A stretch of DNA of 64,000 bases, from NCBI GenBank assembly GCA_964016885.1, contig OZ024745.1, positions 103,044,001-103,108,000 on the forward strand. Reading direction: 5' to 3'. The notes beneath the pieces were generated by a model. That model was not told the DNA's origin. It was given only the letters and a program-made list of their open reading frames with translations, and searched no databases. Position 1 is the stretch's first letter; every line of letters begins with the position of its first letter. The position numbers and the translations under genes were made by a program. Origin of the DNA: Eledone cirrhosa. Lineage: Eukaryota. Positions 26,931-41,376 of the stretch are shown piece by piece.

Positions 26931-27330
26931 AATATATATACATACATATATATATATATACATGGTATGGTAGCTGCCAACTCGTTTTCGAGTACGGCCA
27001 CTACTTTATATCCATGTAGGAGAACCCCTACCGATGCGCTGAACGAGTGTGACTTTTTAGTCCAGCCAGCGACTTGAAAACTCTGGTACAAACACTACAC
27101 TTGTGACAATTATTGACACATAGTGCTTGGCCCATGGTACCATGTAACGACAAGTGCAGAGAGATCTCCAGATATAAAGCAATGCCTGTGACGTGAAGCT
27201 TTTATAGTGAGCAAAGGCACTGCACAAAGCCAGTCCCACTCTCTTAACCAAGATGATATTTACCAAAAAGAAGAACAAGTCAACATCATTGGATACCATC
27301 AGGGTTGCAGGTGTTATATCAGAGTTTTCC

Positions 27331-28437
<1,107 letters not shown>

Positions 28438-30074
28438 AAATTACATACATAAATGCATATATACTTCTATATATTACTTTTTCATTTTCTCTTACCTTAA
28501 ATTTTTCTGACCCCGCCCCTATCCTTACATACAATATTTCATTACACTTGATAAAGTGATAAAGCACACTTCATACAGATAAATTTAAATCAAATTTGCA
28601 TAATTTTCTTCTTTATTTTCTTACAAAGAATATCTTAAACTTTGATTTCTGTGGTTATCATCAGTTACAGGAAATGTTTCATTCTTTTTTTTTATCTCTT
28701 TAATCTCATTCTCTTTGAAGAAGAATACATCACATCATTCAAATTTCTCTTACATCATACATTTGACATTACTATTGGATTTACATGGCTTCTTTAATAT
28801 TCCTCCTCCATTATAGCAGCTTAGCACTACTGCCTTGCCACTCCTAGTATTTGACCTCTGGTATAATACTTTAAAATGTATAAAAAATGTATACTTATTT
28901 TAGCTAGTGACTTCATCTTTGATCATGTCATCATCATCATCATCATCATCAACAACATCCTTTTTTACATCAATTTGTCTATGCTTGCGTAGGATGAGTC
29001 TTTTCCAGCACTGTTTCTTCTCACCTACTGCATTCCTTTGCCATCTCTTCTGTGAGGTTCAGCATTTTACTTGGTGTTCCTTCACTAGAACTTCCTTTTA
29101 CCTGGAATGCCGGGTACTTCTCCACTTAATAATTATCATCCATATGCACCACAGGGCCACACCAGCATAGTCTTCTATCTTGTACACTACATTTTATTCC
29201 TCTTATATTCAATCCTGGAAGTCAATATTGGCAGCATTCAATTGATTTATTTGAAGATTCTGCCACTCTGTTGCCCTATATAAGAAAAAAATGAGAATGA
29301 TTTTAACATAGGCACAATGCCATTACAATTTGGAGGTGGGTATAGTAATTTACATTGACTCGGTACTTGACTGTTACTTATTTTATTGCACATGAATGGC
29401 TGGAAGGCAATGACAGTTGCTGACAGTTGCAGTGAATAATCATAACCACCATGATATTAATGAAGCTTCCTCTGCTGCAGTAGACAATGAAAATGGCAAA
29501 TAATTGTGATAACAATGGTGTTGATGATGATGATGAATAACAAGATCTTCATAATAATAATGATGATGATGATGATGATGATGATGATAAATATTGTGAC
29601 TATAAGGATGATTAATATCCTGCTCTTAACAATCATGATATGAATATGATCAAAATGATCGTGATAGTTAACATAATGATGATGATGATGATGATTATCA
29701 CTATGAATCCTAATGTTGATGATGGTGATCATTGTTTAACATCCATTTTCTATGCTAGCATGGGTTAGATGATGATGATGATGATGATGATAATAATGGG
29801 TGTTTTTTTTTAATATCGTCATCGTCTTTATCATCACTTTTGTGTCCACTTTTCTATGGTATGGATTATACTGGATTATAACAACCAGATGCCTTTTTTT
29901 TTATGCCAACACTTTTACCCACCTCATGTGACACAGGAATATGGTCTACTTATTCTAAACATCAGACTACACATGATATTACTGACTATATCACGTGTAC
30001 TATATCATAATATACAAAGTTAATCAGTTAATAAGCTTCATGTCACATTCCATCATGCTGTGCTAAACATTTAA

Positions 30075-30470
30075 CCCTTTAGCATTTAAACTGGCCATAT
30101 CTGGCCAGAATTCTCTCTCTCCTCCTTCTGTTCAAACGAACTGTAACTGGCCGCTCATACTGCTCTTAAGGTATTGTTCACAAAATAAATAGTATCAAAA
30201 TCTCATAGATTTGATTTTATGTGAGATAATTATGTGAGGTAAAGCTTTTATTGTGAAAATACGATAGTAGATATAGAGTAATGTAAATGCTAAAGGGTTA
30301 ACCCTTTAGCATTTAAATCGGCCGTATCCGGCCAGAATTCTCTCACCCCTCTCTGTTCAAACTGGCTGTAACTAGCCACGAAAACTGACGTTAAGGTATT
30401 GTTCTCAAAATAAATAATATCAAAATCTCGTAGATTCAATATTATGTGAGATAATTATGGACATTAAACT
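30075..30470. mobile_element. Tandem piggyBac-like MITEs
   Basis: TTAA-ccctttagcattt...aaatgctaaaggg-TTAA (30075-30297), then a second truncated copy from 30302 sharing the TTAA. Confidence 0.8.
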
Positions 30471-30980
30471 GTGTATGCATCATGGCAAAAAGCCCCCCTG
30501 TTAACACTGTAAATTGGTTGTGTAGGCGTCATGACAAAAAGAGTGCCCAGCACTCACTGTAAATGAGGTTGGCACTAAGAAGGGCATCCAGCTGTAGAAA
30601 CCAAGCTAAAATCAGTTCTGTACTAGCAAGAGATGGTCACCTGATCTGGCATTGCTCACAACAGGCTAACTCGTATAACCCATGCCAGCGTGGGAAAATG
30701 GACGTTAAGTGGTGATGATGATGATATAAAGAGTGAGAAAGTAAAAGATGTAGAAGCATCATTAATGTAGGTAGAAAAATATCTGGGGGGTGTATGTCTC
30801 TAGTGGATAGTTTATGAAGTTTGTGTTGTGTATAAGACCTTGACTCTATTTGAAAGGGTTATGTGTGTGTGTGTGTATAAGTGTATCATCATCATCATCG
30901 TTTAATGCCTATCTTCCACGCTAGCATAGTACAATTTTCATAATGTTATGGCTTTAAGGCTTCAGACAGAAAAAATTCCT

Positions 30981-31011
<31 letters not shown>

Positions 31012-31122
31012 AATATAGAAGAGCTTCTACAGGACTAGAATGTATATATATATATATATGTATATATTTATGTGTATATATATGTATGTATATATATATG
31101 CATATATATATGTATATATATA

Positions 31123-31153
<31 letters not shown>

Positions 31154-31160
31154 GCATATA

Positions 31161-31212
<52 letters not shown>

Positions 31213-31269
31213 TATATAGAAGAGCTTCTACAGGACTAGAATGTATGTATATATATTCATTCATTCATT

Positions 31270-31598
31270 CATTTCATTTTACGTCCGCTTTTCCCTGCTT
31301 GCAAGGGTGGGACGGGAGCTGATTCTGGCTTGATTTCTATAGCTGGATGCCCTTCCTAACACCAACCTCATTTACAGTGAGTGCTGGGTGCTTTTTTGCC
31401 GTGGCGCCTACACGTCCACTTTGCAGTGGAATAATAGGGAACCCAGTCCCTATCATCTCATTTCTACAGCTGAGTAAACTGGAGCAATGTGAAATAAAGT
31501 GTCTTGCTCAAGGAAACAACACATCACCCGGTCTGAGAATTGAACTCACAACCTTTCGATTGCAAGGCCAATGCTCTAACCACTAAGCCATGTGCCTC
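31270..31598 (-). mobile_element. SINE family B
   Basis: Near-identical to 9921-10250, within (TA)n. Confidence 0.9.
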
Positions 31599-31711
31599 CA
31601 TATATATATATATTTATGTGTATATATATATGTATATATATATGCATATATATATATATGTATATATATATACATGTGTGTATATATATATATGTGTGTA
31701 TATATATATGC

Positions 31712-31766
<55 letters not shown>

Positions 31767-31767
31767 T

Positions 31768-32290
31768 AGCAAAGGAAGTGTGGTAGGAACCAGATGGACC
31801 ATAACACACCAGAGTACTCAATACTTAGAGTAGTAGAGTGGGTAATAGGAAAATGTTTAACACCGCCGGCAGAGCTCAAGCCGTTTCGAAGGCTATTTCT
31901 GGACTAAATTAAAATTTTTAGCATGGTAATAAATAGCCAAACTTTTCAAGGGGTAATTCCTTATATGGGAAGATTGTAGTTGTCAAAAGGATTGGTCAAA
32001 ATTTCTTGTAAACACAATTAAGTCTTTCATGGTAGTAGGTGGGAGGTGGGGGTGGCTGAACTTGCCTGTAGAACAATGAGGGACTGGGTGGAGCCAGTCA
32101 AGTGTTGAAAGTGAATTCTATACACCAAATTCTAAGGAGTGTGTATGAAATTAGGCTAGGTAGAAAGCAGGCGAAAAAGAATTCTGGGGGAATGAGAGTG
32201 GGACTTTATAAAATTAAATGGTTAATAGATTGAGATTAAAAGATAATAAAATAAAATAATAAAAAATAATAAAAAATTAAATAGTAACAA
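31768..32290 (-). mobile_element. Non-coding (TA)n-inserted element with degenerate hammerhead (Penelope-pLTR/retrozyme-like), longest copy
   Basis: Minus strand: acccc-ttgaaaa-(ggctattt...aaatagcc)-GAAA-cggc-ttgagctct-gccg-gc-ggtgt; 3' part shared with copies at 34250-34430, 35700-35833 and 47076-47123. Confidence 0.6.
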
Positions 32291-33382
32291 ATAATAAAAA
32301 ATCTCTAGACTCTAAAGCAGTTGCTATATTTTTAGCTGGTATTGCGTTCAGCCAATGCTATATAGAATTTACTGGGGTGGGGGTACTGACGCTACAAAAG
32401 ACCGATGGTCTGCCTCAGGGTAGGCGAAAGAGGAAAAAGGAAAAGAAAGGGGAGAGGGAGTGGAAGGAAGGGAAAAGAAGAGTTAAAGGGAATAAGAAAA
32501 GAAATACATCTACCTATGTAAGCTGGGGTTTCCACTATCTTTTTCGGCAAGTGGGGAAAAGAAGGATATTGCAGCCATATTCTACCCACCCGGGTCATGA
32601 GGGGGTTTGAGGGCGAGGTAAGTCCTACGCAATCGGTGTTTACAAGTCCGTCTTTTTTGTTTAGGAGTTGGTCCTTCGTAAACAGCATTTGTATTGTTTC
32701 CACTTTTTTACATATTTTTTTACTTATTTTTTACTTATTTTTTACCATCTTCATTCTAACTTATTTATTATTATTTATTATTTTTTCTTTTTTCTTTTTC
32801 ACTCTCTCTCTTTTCTTTTTCTTTCTTTATTACTGATGTTGTTATTTGAATTCTCCTAGTATATTACAAACGCTGTGTATAATTTTTATCAGTTACACCG
32901 ATGATTTGATTAGGCCTGCATGTATTTAAAATTAAGTGACACAACTTCATGTGATTAGCAATTTTTAGACACCCTAATCAATGAAACAATTGTTAATACT
33001 GTAAATAAAACCCTTTTTGTACTGTTGACCATGTTATTCTTCACTCTTTCACTATTATTACTCCAAGATTAACCTGCATAAGAATGTTGAGTCAAACAAC
33101 GCTGTACGTTAAAATTATCCACAATACAGAATACTCACAACCTCTAATTGGATTACCTATAACGATAATTTATCCCATATATAAGTATATATATATATGC
33201 TTATATATATATATATATATTTCGTTTCTGAATTTGTTTAGCAAGATTCTTTATCTGAAATCGTGTGTTGAAACCGATATTGTGTTTCTTCATGTGTTTC
33301 TTATTGGCAACATGACCCTCCCAAAGTATAACAATATATATATATATATTTATTAAAATAACAGATTAAAGTTTATTATTAT

Positions 33383-33419
<37 letters not shown>

Positions 33420-33509
33420 TATATATCACAATAAATTAACGGAGCCATAGACTCTCGTTATTCCCTGTCAATAATGTGCTGAAAGGAAAAGGAATCTTGA
33501 GCTCTTTAA

Positions 33510-33654
33510 AATACAATATGTTGAAAAGGTAACCCACTAGAGAGAGATAGTGCGCCATCAAGAAAACAGGGAAAACCACCTGTGTATGGAATCCCTGTTT
33601 TATTGATGGTGCACTATCTCTCTCTAGTGTGTTACCTTTTCAACATATTGTATT
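33510..33654. repeat. Long inverted repeat (63-bp arms, 19-nt loop)
   Basis: Arms differ at 3 positions. Confidence 0.95.
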
Positions 33655-33772
33655 ATACATATATATATATGCCTCCTGAATTCAGCCTTTTGATGGGTTT
33701 TGTTTTTCATCCAACAGAGTATCACTGACAACCTGGCCACGTGACAGATTGTACCAAGTTATATATATATAT

Positions 33773-34162
33773 CATCATCATCATCACCGTTTTATGTCTG
33801 TTCTTTCCCGCTAGCATGGGTTAGACGGTTTGTCCTGTTGTGGGCAGTATCCGGTCGGCTGACCTTGTCTTGCTCATACGGGAACTGATTCCGGCTTGAT
33901 TTCTACAGCTGGATGCCCTTCCTAACACCAACCTCACTTACAGTGAGTGCTGGGTGCTTTTTTGCCGTGGCACCACCACGACCACTTTGTAGTGGAATGA
34001 TAGGGACTCCAGTCCTATCATCTCATTTCTAGTCGAGTAAACTGGAGCAATGTGAAATAAAGTGTCTTGCTCAAGGAAATAACACATCACCTGGTCTGAG
34101 AATTGAACTCACAACTTTTCGAATGCAAGCCCAATGCTCTAAGCACTAAGCCATGTTCCTCC

Positions 34163-34163
<1 letters not shown>
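33773..34163 (-). mobile_element. SINE family B
   Basis: tRNA head, core and longer RTE-like tail with (TGA)n. Confidence 0.88.
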
Positions 34164-34211
<48 letters not shown>

Positions 34212-34249
34212 GTATGTATATATGTATATATATATATATATGTGTGTGT

Positions 34250-34430
34250 GGTAAGGAACCAGATGGACCATAACGCACCAAAGTACTCAATACTTAGGGT
34301 AGTAGAGGGGGTAATAGGAATGGGTAGGACCCCGACGGCTGAGCTCAAGCCATTTCGACGGCTAATTCTTGTCCAGAATTAGCCGTCGAAACGGCTTGAG
34401 CTCAGCCGTCGGGGTCCTACCTGTTCCTAT
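34250..34430. mobile_element. Inverted pair of hammerhead-family fragments
   Basis: Palindrome centred on tgtcc (34370-34374); + arm reads GAAA-cggct-tgagctc-agccg-TC-ggggt. Confidence 0.75.
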
Positions 34431-34520
34431 ATATATATATATATATATATCATGGAGGAATATGGCTTTGTGGTTAGAGCATTGGGCTTGCAATATATAT
34501 ATATATATATATATATATAT

Positions 34521-35380
34521 CATCATCATCGTTTAACGTCTATCTTCCATGCTACCATGGGTTTAGACGGGAATTGTCCCACATGAGGCAAGATTGGTTG
34601 TCTTGCTCGTATAGGATTGTCTGGCGGGTTTTCTATGGATGGATGCCCTTCCTAACACCAACCACGTTTACAGTGTGGACTGGGAGGTTTTTACCATGTT
34701 ACTTACACGGTCACATTACAGCATGGACTGTGTGTTTTTTTTGTCGTGACACCTACGTGACCTCATTTATTTAGGACTGGATGTTGGGGCACCAACATAA
34801 CTTTAGGTATAGATGGGGGTGGGGGTAAGGGTAGTGGGATTGCGGGTGTATTTTTGGTTCGGAGGTGCCTACTGACTGTAGGTTTCGCTTTGTACTTAGG
34901 CAAGACGGGTTTTCCGTATTACTGCGTAGCGCCAAAGATCTCGGTCCAGTGACATTGTCTTGGAGAGGTGTAAGTGTGTAAGGTCGGAATTTATCAAATC
35001 GTCCCAGGTTTTTCTGGGTCTACCTACTCCGTAGCTTCCATCTATTTTCATCGCCCTGCACTTTTTTATACAGCTGTCGTCTTTCATGCGCGTCACGTGG
35101 CCATACCAACGTAGTCTTCTCTCGAGTAAACAGCATCTGATCCCTCTTATTCATAATTTCTCACTTAGTTCATTTATGCTTTGCCGTTCACGTATATTAC
35201 TATTACACATCCAATGGAGCATGCAAGCTTCATTCCTCTCCAGTCTGCACAGATCCTCTGCACACAATTCCCATGTCTCACTGCCATGTAGCATTGCTGT
35301 TCGTATGCAGGCATCGTACAGTCTGCCTTTCATTTTTAGGGAGAAACCTTTGGCGGCCAATAGTGGTATAAACTCTCTGA
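34521..35380 (-). mobile_element. RTE LINE 3' fragment
   Basis: Reverse complement matches 37618-38580 (AMLHGSETW...GRPRKTW...DRDLWR); flanked by TA repeats. Confidence 0.93.
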
Positions 35381-35851
35381 TGTATGTATAAGTATATATA
35401 TGCATGTATATATATATATATATATATACACACATCATCATCATCATCATCACCGTTTTACGTCCGTTCTTCCACGTTAACATGGGTTAGACAGTTTGTT
35501 CTGTTGTGGGCAGTGTCGGCTGACCATGCCTTGCTCATACGGGAACTGATTCTGGCTTGATTTCTACAGCTGGATGCTTTTACTAACACCAACCTCATTT
35601 ACAGTGAGTGCTGAGTGCTTTTTTTCCATGGCACCTACACGTCCACTTTACTGTGTGGGCTGGGTGCTTTTTTGCCGTGGCACCTCCATGACCACTTTCA
35701 GAATTAGCTGTCGAAACAGCTTGAGCTCAGCCGTCGGGGTCCTACTCGTTCCTATTACCCACTCTACTACCCTAAGTATTGAGTACTTTGGTGCGTTATG
35801 GTCCACCTTGTTCCTTACCACATTTCCTCCGTTATATATGTATATATATAT

Positions 35852-38101
35852 ATGAAGCTAAAGGACCCCATAGCCAGAAATAAATTTCAAAGCAAATTAC
35901 TTGACGCTTTCGACAGTAAGGAAGAGCAATTAGAGTCGTATAATATAGAGGAACAGTGGGAATTCCTGAGAGCAAACCTGCTGACGGCGGCAGACGAAGT
36001 CTGTGACTGGAGCAGGCCTGTAGGTAGGAGGAGAGTAACATGGTGGTGGAACAGTAAGGTGGAGGAGTCAATTAAGGCCAAAAAGCAGGCTTGGAAAGTA
36101 TGGCGGGATGGGGGAAGTAGAGAAGACTATCAAGTGGCCAGGAGGGAAGCTAGGAGACAAGTGTACTTCGCAAGAAGGGAAGCAGAGGAAAGAAAGTTCA
36201 AGCATGTTCTACAACGTGAGGACCAAAAACGTGAGGTGTTCAGGATTGCCAGGCAATGTGTCAAGGAAAACCGTGATATTGTCGGGGAGAGGTGTGTACT
36301 TAACGATGATGGCATACTTGCCATCACCGACGCTGATAAGAAGGTAGCTTGGAAGTGTCACTACGAAAGGCTTCTAAATGAGGAGAACAAATGGGAGAAA
36401 GACAGTCTCCCCCAGATCGATCCAATAGAGGGACCAGCAGTGTTAGTTGAAGGTAGTATAATAAGTAAGGCAATCAAAGATATGAAGACGGGTAAGGCGG
36501 CTGGGCCTTCGGAAATAGTTGCTGAGATGCTGAAGGCATCTGGTTCGGTGGGACACACCATGGTCACCCGGATAGTTAACCAAGTCGTACAGAATGGGGT
36601 TGTTCCGAAGGAATGGCGTAGCAGCATCATCGTTAACTGCTATAAGGGAAAAGGAGATGCCCTAGATAGGAGTAACTATAGAGGCATTAAATTAATCGAC
36701 CAGGTCATGAAGGTCACGGAAAAAGTAATAGCGCAACTAATCAGAGAGAGAATTGATCTAGATGAAATGCAGTTCGGGTTTGTGTCAGGCAAAAGTACCA
36801 CAGACGCTCTTTTCATTGTACGACGACTACAGGAGAAGTACCTAGCTAAAAGTAAACCCCTATACTTAGCTTTTGTCGACTTGGAGAAAGCCTTCGACAG
36901 AGTCCCCCGTTCCATTATCTGGTGGTCTCTTAGAAAACTAGGTGTTGACGAATGGCTTGTGAGAGCTATACAAGCCATGTATAAAGAAACAGTCAGTAAG
37001 GTTAGAATTAACAACGAATATAGTGAAGAGTTTAGCGTAAAAGTTGGTGTCCATCAGGGCTCTGTACTTAGCCCCCTACTATTTATTATTGCCCTTCAGG
37101 CTATAACAGAGGAGTTCAAGACCGGCTGCCCATGGGAACTCCTATACGCAGATGATCTAACGCTCATAGCTGAATCAATGACCGAACTAGAGAAGAAATT
37201 CCAAACGTGGAAGCACGGCCTAGAATCAAAAGGCCTTAAAATTAACCTGGCTAAGACTAAAGTTCTAGTTTGTAGGAAAGAAAATAAGGCGGCGGTCCCA
37301 TCGGGGAAATGGCCATGCTCAGTGTGTAGGAAAGGCGTAGGTAGAAACTCCATTTTATGTCCCAAATGCAAAGTATGGGTGCATAAAAGATGTAGTGGGA
37401 TCACAGGTAAGCTAACTAAGAACATAGATTTTACATGTGGCCGGTGCTCTGGTGCAATAAGTAGCAGCAAGTGCCCACAAAATACTAGCTCCTTCAACTG
37501 CGCAGAGGGTTCTATAGAAATAGTGGACAGCTTCCGTTATCTGGGTGACAAAATCAGCAGTGGGGGAGGGTGCTCTGAAAGTACAGTAGCTAGAGTCAGA
37601 ACTGGATGGAAAAAGTTCAGAGAGCTTATACCACTATTAGCCGCTAGAGGGTTCTCCCTAAAAATGAAAGGCAGGTTATACGATGCCTGCATACGAACAG
37701 CAATGCTGCATGGCAGTGAGACCTGGGCATTGTGTGCAGAGGATATACGCAGACTAGAGAGGAACGAAGCTTGCATGCTCCGCTGGATGTGCAATAGTAA
37801 TATACGTGAACGGCAAAGCATAAACGAACTAAGGAAAAAATTAGAAATAAGAGGGATCAGATGTTGTTTACTCGAGAGAAGGCTACGTTGGTACGGTCAC
37901 GTGATGCGCATGAAAGACGACAGCTGTATAACAAAGTGCAGGGCAATAAAGATAGACGGTAGCCACGGAGTAGGCAGACCCAGAAAAACATGGGACGAGC
38001 TGATAAATTCCGACCTCACACGCTTACACCTCTCCAAGACAATGTCACTGGACCGAGACCTTTGGCGGTACTCAGTAATAGAGAAGACCCGCCTTACCTA
38101 A
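35852..38101 (+). CDS. RTE LINE ORF (RT + PHD-like finger), open but 5'-truncated, no endonuclease domain
   Basis: About 750 uninterrupted codons: KGKGD..NYRGI, QFGF, FVDLEKAFD, GVHQGSVLSP, YADD, FRYLG, GRPRKTW. The start abuts a TA run, so the ATG is probably incidental. Confidence 0.93.
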   Translation: MKLKDPIARNKFQSKLLDAFDSKEEQLESYNIEEQWEFLRANLLTAADEVCDWSRPVGRRRVTWWWNSKVEESIKAKKQAWKVWRDGGSREDYQVARREARRQVYFARREAEERKFKHVLQREDQKREVFRIARQCVKENRDIVGERCVLNDDGILAITDADKKVAWKCHYERLLNEENKWEKDSLPQIDPIEGPAVLVEGSIISKAIKDMKTGKAAGPSEIVAEMLKASGSVGHTMVTRIVNQVVQNGVVPKEWRSSIIVNCYKGKGDALDRSNYRGIKLIDQVMKVTEKVIAQLIRERIDLDEMQFGFVSGKSTTDALFIVRRLQEKYLAKSKPLYLAFVDLEKAFDRVPRSIIWWSLRKLGVDEWLVRAIQAMYKETVSKVRINNEYSEEFSVKVGVHQGSVLSPLLFIIALQAITEEFKTGCPWELLYADDLTLIAESMTELEKKFQTWKHGLESKGLKINLAKTKVLVCRKENKAAVPSGKWPCSVCRKGVGRNSILCPKCKVWVHKRCSGITGKLTKNIDFTCGRCSGAISSSKCPQNTSSFNCAEGSIEIVDSFRYLGDKISSGGGCSESTVARVRTGWKKFRELIPLLAARGFSLKMKGRLYDACIRTAMLHGSETWALCAEDIRRLERNEACMLRWMCNSNIRERQSINELRKKLEIRGIRCCLLERRLRWYGHVMRMKDDSCITKCRAIKIDGSHGVGRPRKTWDELINSDLTRLHLSKTMSLDRDLWRYSVIEKTRLT

Positions 38102-38581
38102 ATACAAAGTAAAAACCTACTACAGTCAGTAGGCACCTCTATCAAAACACACCCCCGTCCCACCACCTCCACCCCACCCACACCGCCCCATCATCCAGGC
38201 CGAAACAAATGAGATCGTGTAGGTGTCACGACAAAAAACACACAGTCCACGCTGTAAATGTGGCCGTGTAGGCAACACGGTAAAAACCTCCCAGCCCCAC
38301 ACTGTAAATGTGGTTGGTGTTAGGAAGGGCATCCAGCTGTAGAAAACCCGCCAGACAGTCCACGCTGTAATGTGGCCGTGTAGGCAACACGGTAAAAACC
38401 TCCCAGCCCCACACTGTAAATGTGGTTGGTGTTAGGAAGGGCATCCAACTGTAGAAAACCCGCCAGACAGTCCTATGCGAGCAAGACAACCACTCTTGCC
38501 TCAAGTGGGAAAACCCCCGTCCAAACCCATGCAAGCGTGGAACACGGACGCTAAACCTGATGATGATGATGATGATGATGC
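35852..38581 (+). mobile_element. Young RTE LINE insertion in (TA)n
   Basis: ORF + 3' UTR with an internal ~113-bp tandem duplication + (TGA)n tail; TA-rich arrays on both sides. Confidence 0.93.
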
Positions 38582-40240
<1,659 letters not shown>

Positions 40241-40993
40241 AATACTCACAATATCAGGAATGCCTTTTATAAATCTTTGCTGTCACTTTTCCCATTATTC
40301 ATTAAAAAGAAATCTTGTAATGGTTTCTTGCATTAACTTCTGAGATACAAAAACAAATGGCACCACTTAAGCATTGATAAATGGCCCTGAGACATTAACA
40401 CTTCATCGTATCAGCTGATGGTGCTGTCAATAATGTGGCTGTTAGTCTAGTGGCCATCAAGGGAATGGTTTCTCTGCTGTATGGACAAGGGGCTGTAACA
40501 TTGGAAGATGATGAAAGAAGATAACTGTTTGACGAGAGAAAGAAAGAAACAGATGGGTTTTTTTTTTTCTTTCTGTTTCACTGAACCTTTTTATTTGTTT
40601 GTAGTTGTTGTTGTTTATAGATTTCTTGTCATTGCATTTGCAGTTGTTGTTGTTGTTGTTGTTGTTCTTATTGCTGCGGCTGTATTTGTTGTTGATATTG
40701 ATATTGTTGTTGTTGAAGTTGTTATTGGTGTTGTTGTTGCAGCTCTTATTTTATGTTATTAATACTGTTGGCTATTTTAAATAATGTTGGTGATGATGAT
40801 GATGATGATGATGATTATGATTATAAAGTGAGGAGGAGGAAGCGGAGGAAGGGGAAGATGAAATATGAAATTCTGAACACATATTTCCACCACTGTTTAG
40901 TCTGTAGTTTTAGACACAAGCCAGTTCTGCCTGGGTTGTCATAATCACCATTGAAAACTATCCTGTATGTAGTGCAGGCATTGTCTATCTAGG

Positions 40994-41376
40994 AATACAT
41001 TATTCCATGTGGCCTTCGATTTTCATGACAGAAAAGGTGTAAATTGAAGAGGATTTAGCTGGTATTTCTTGATGGCTGAACAACTATATAGAGCCTCCCT
41101 TCTTGGCTTGTTTGTATGCCTGTTGTTGTTGTTTAGCCCCTGGTTAGCTCAAATCAAGCAGACATATGATCAAAGCCATTCCATATGTCTGCTTGATTTG
41201 ATCATATGTCTGTTTGATTTGAGCTGACCAGGGGCTAAACAACAACAACAGGCATACAAACAAGCCAAGAAGGGAGGCTCTATATAGTTGTTCAGCCATC
41301 AAGAAATACCAGCTAAATCCTCTTCAATTTACACCCTTCTGTCATGAAAATTGAAGGCCACATTTAATAATGTATT
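40994..41376. repeat. Fold-back palindrome, ~180-bp arms
   Basis: 40994-41174 is the near-perfect reverse complement of 41197-41376. Confidence 0.95.

Noticed and set aside
35798-35851. N-terminus of the 767-aa ORF
   Set aside because: Comes from the adjacent hammerhead-family fragment and TA run, not from the LINE.
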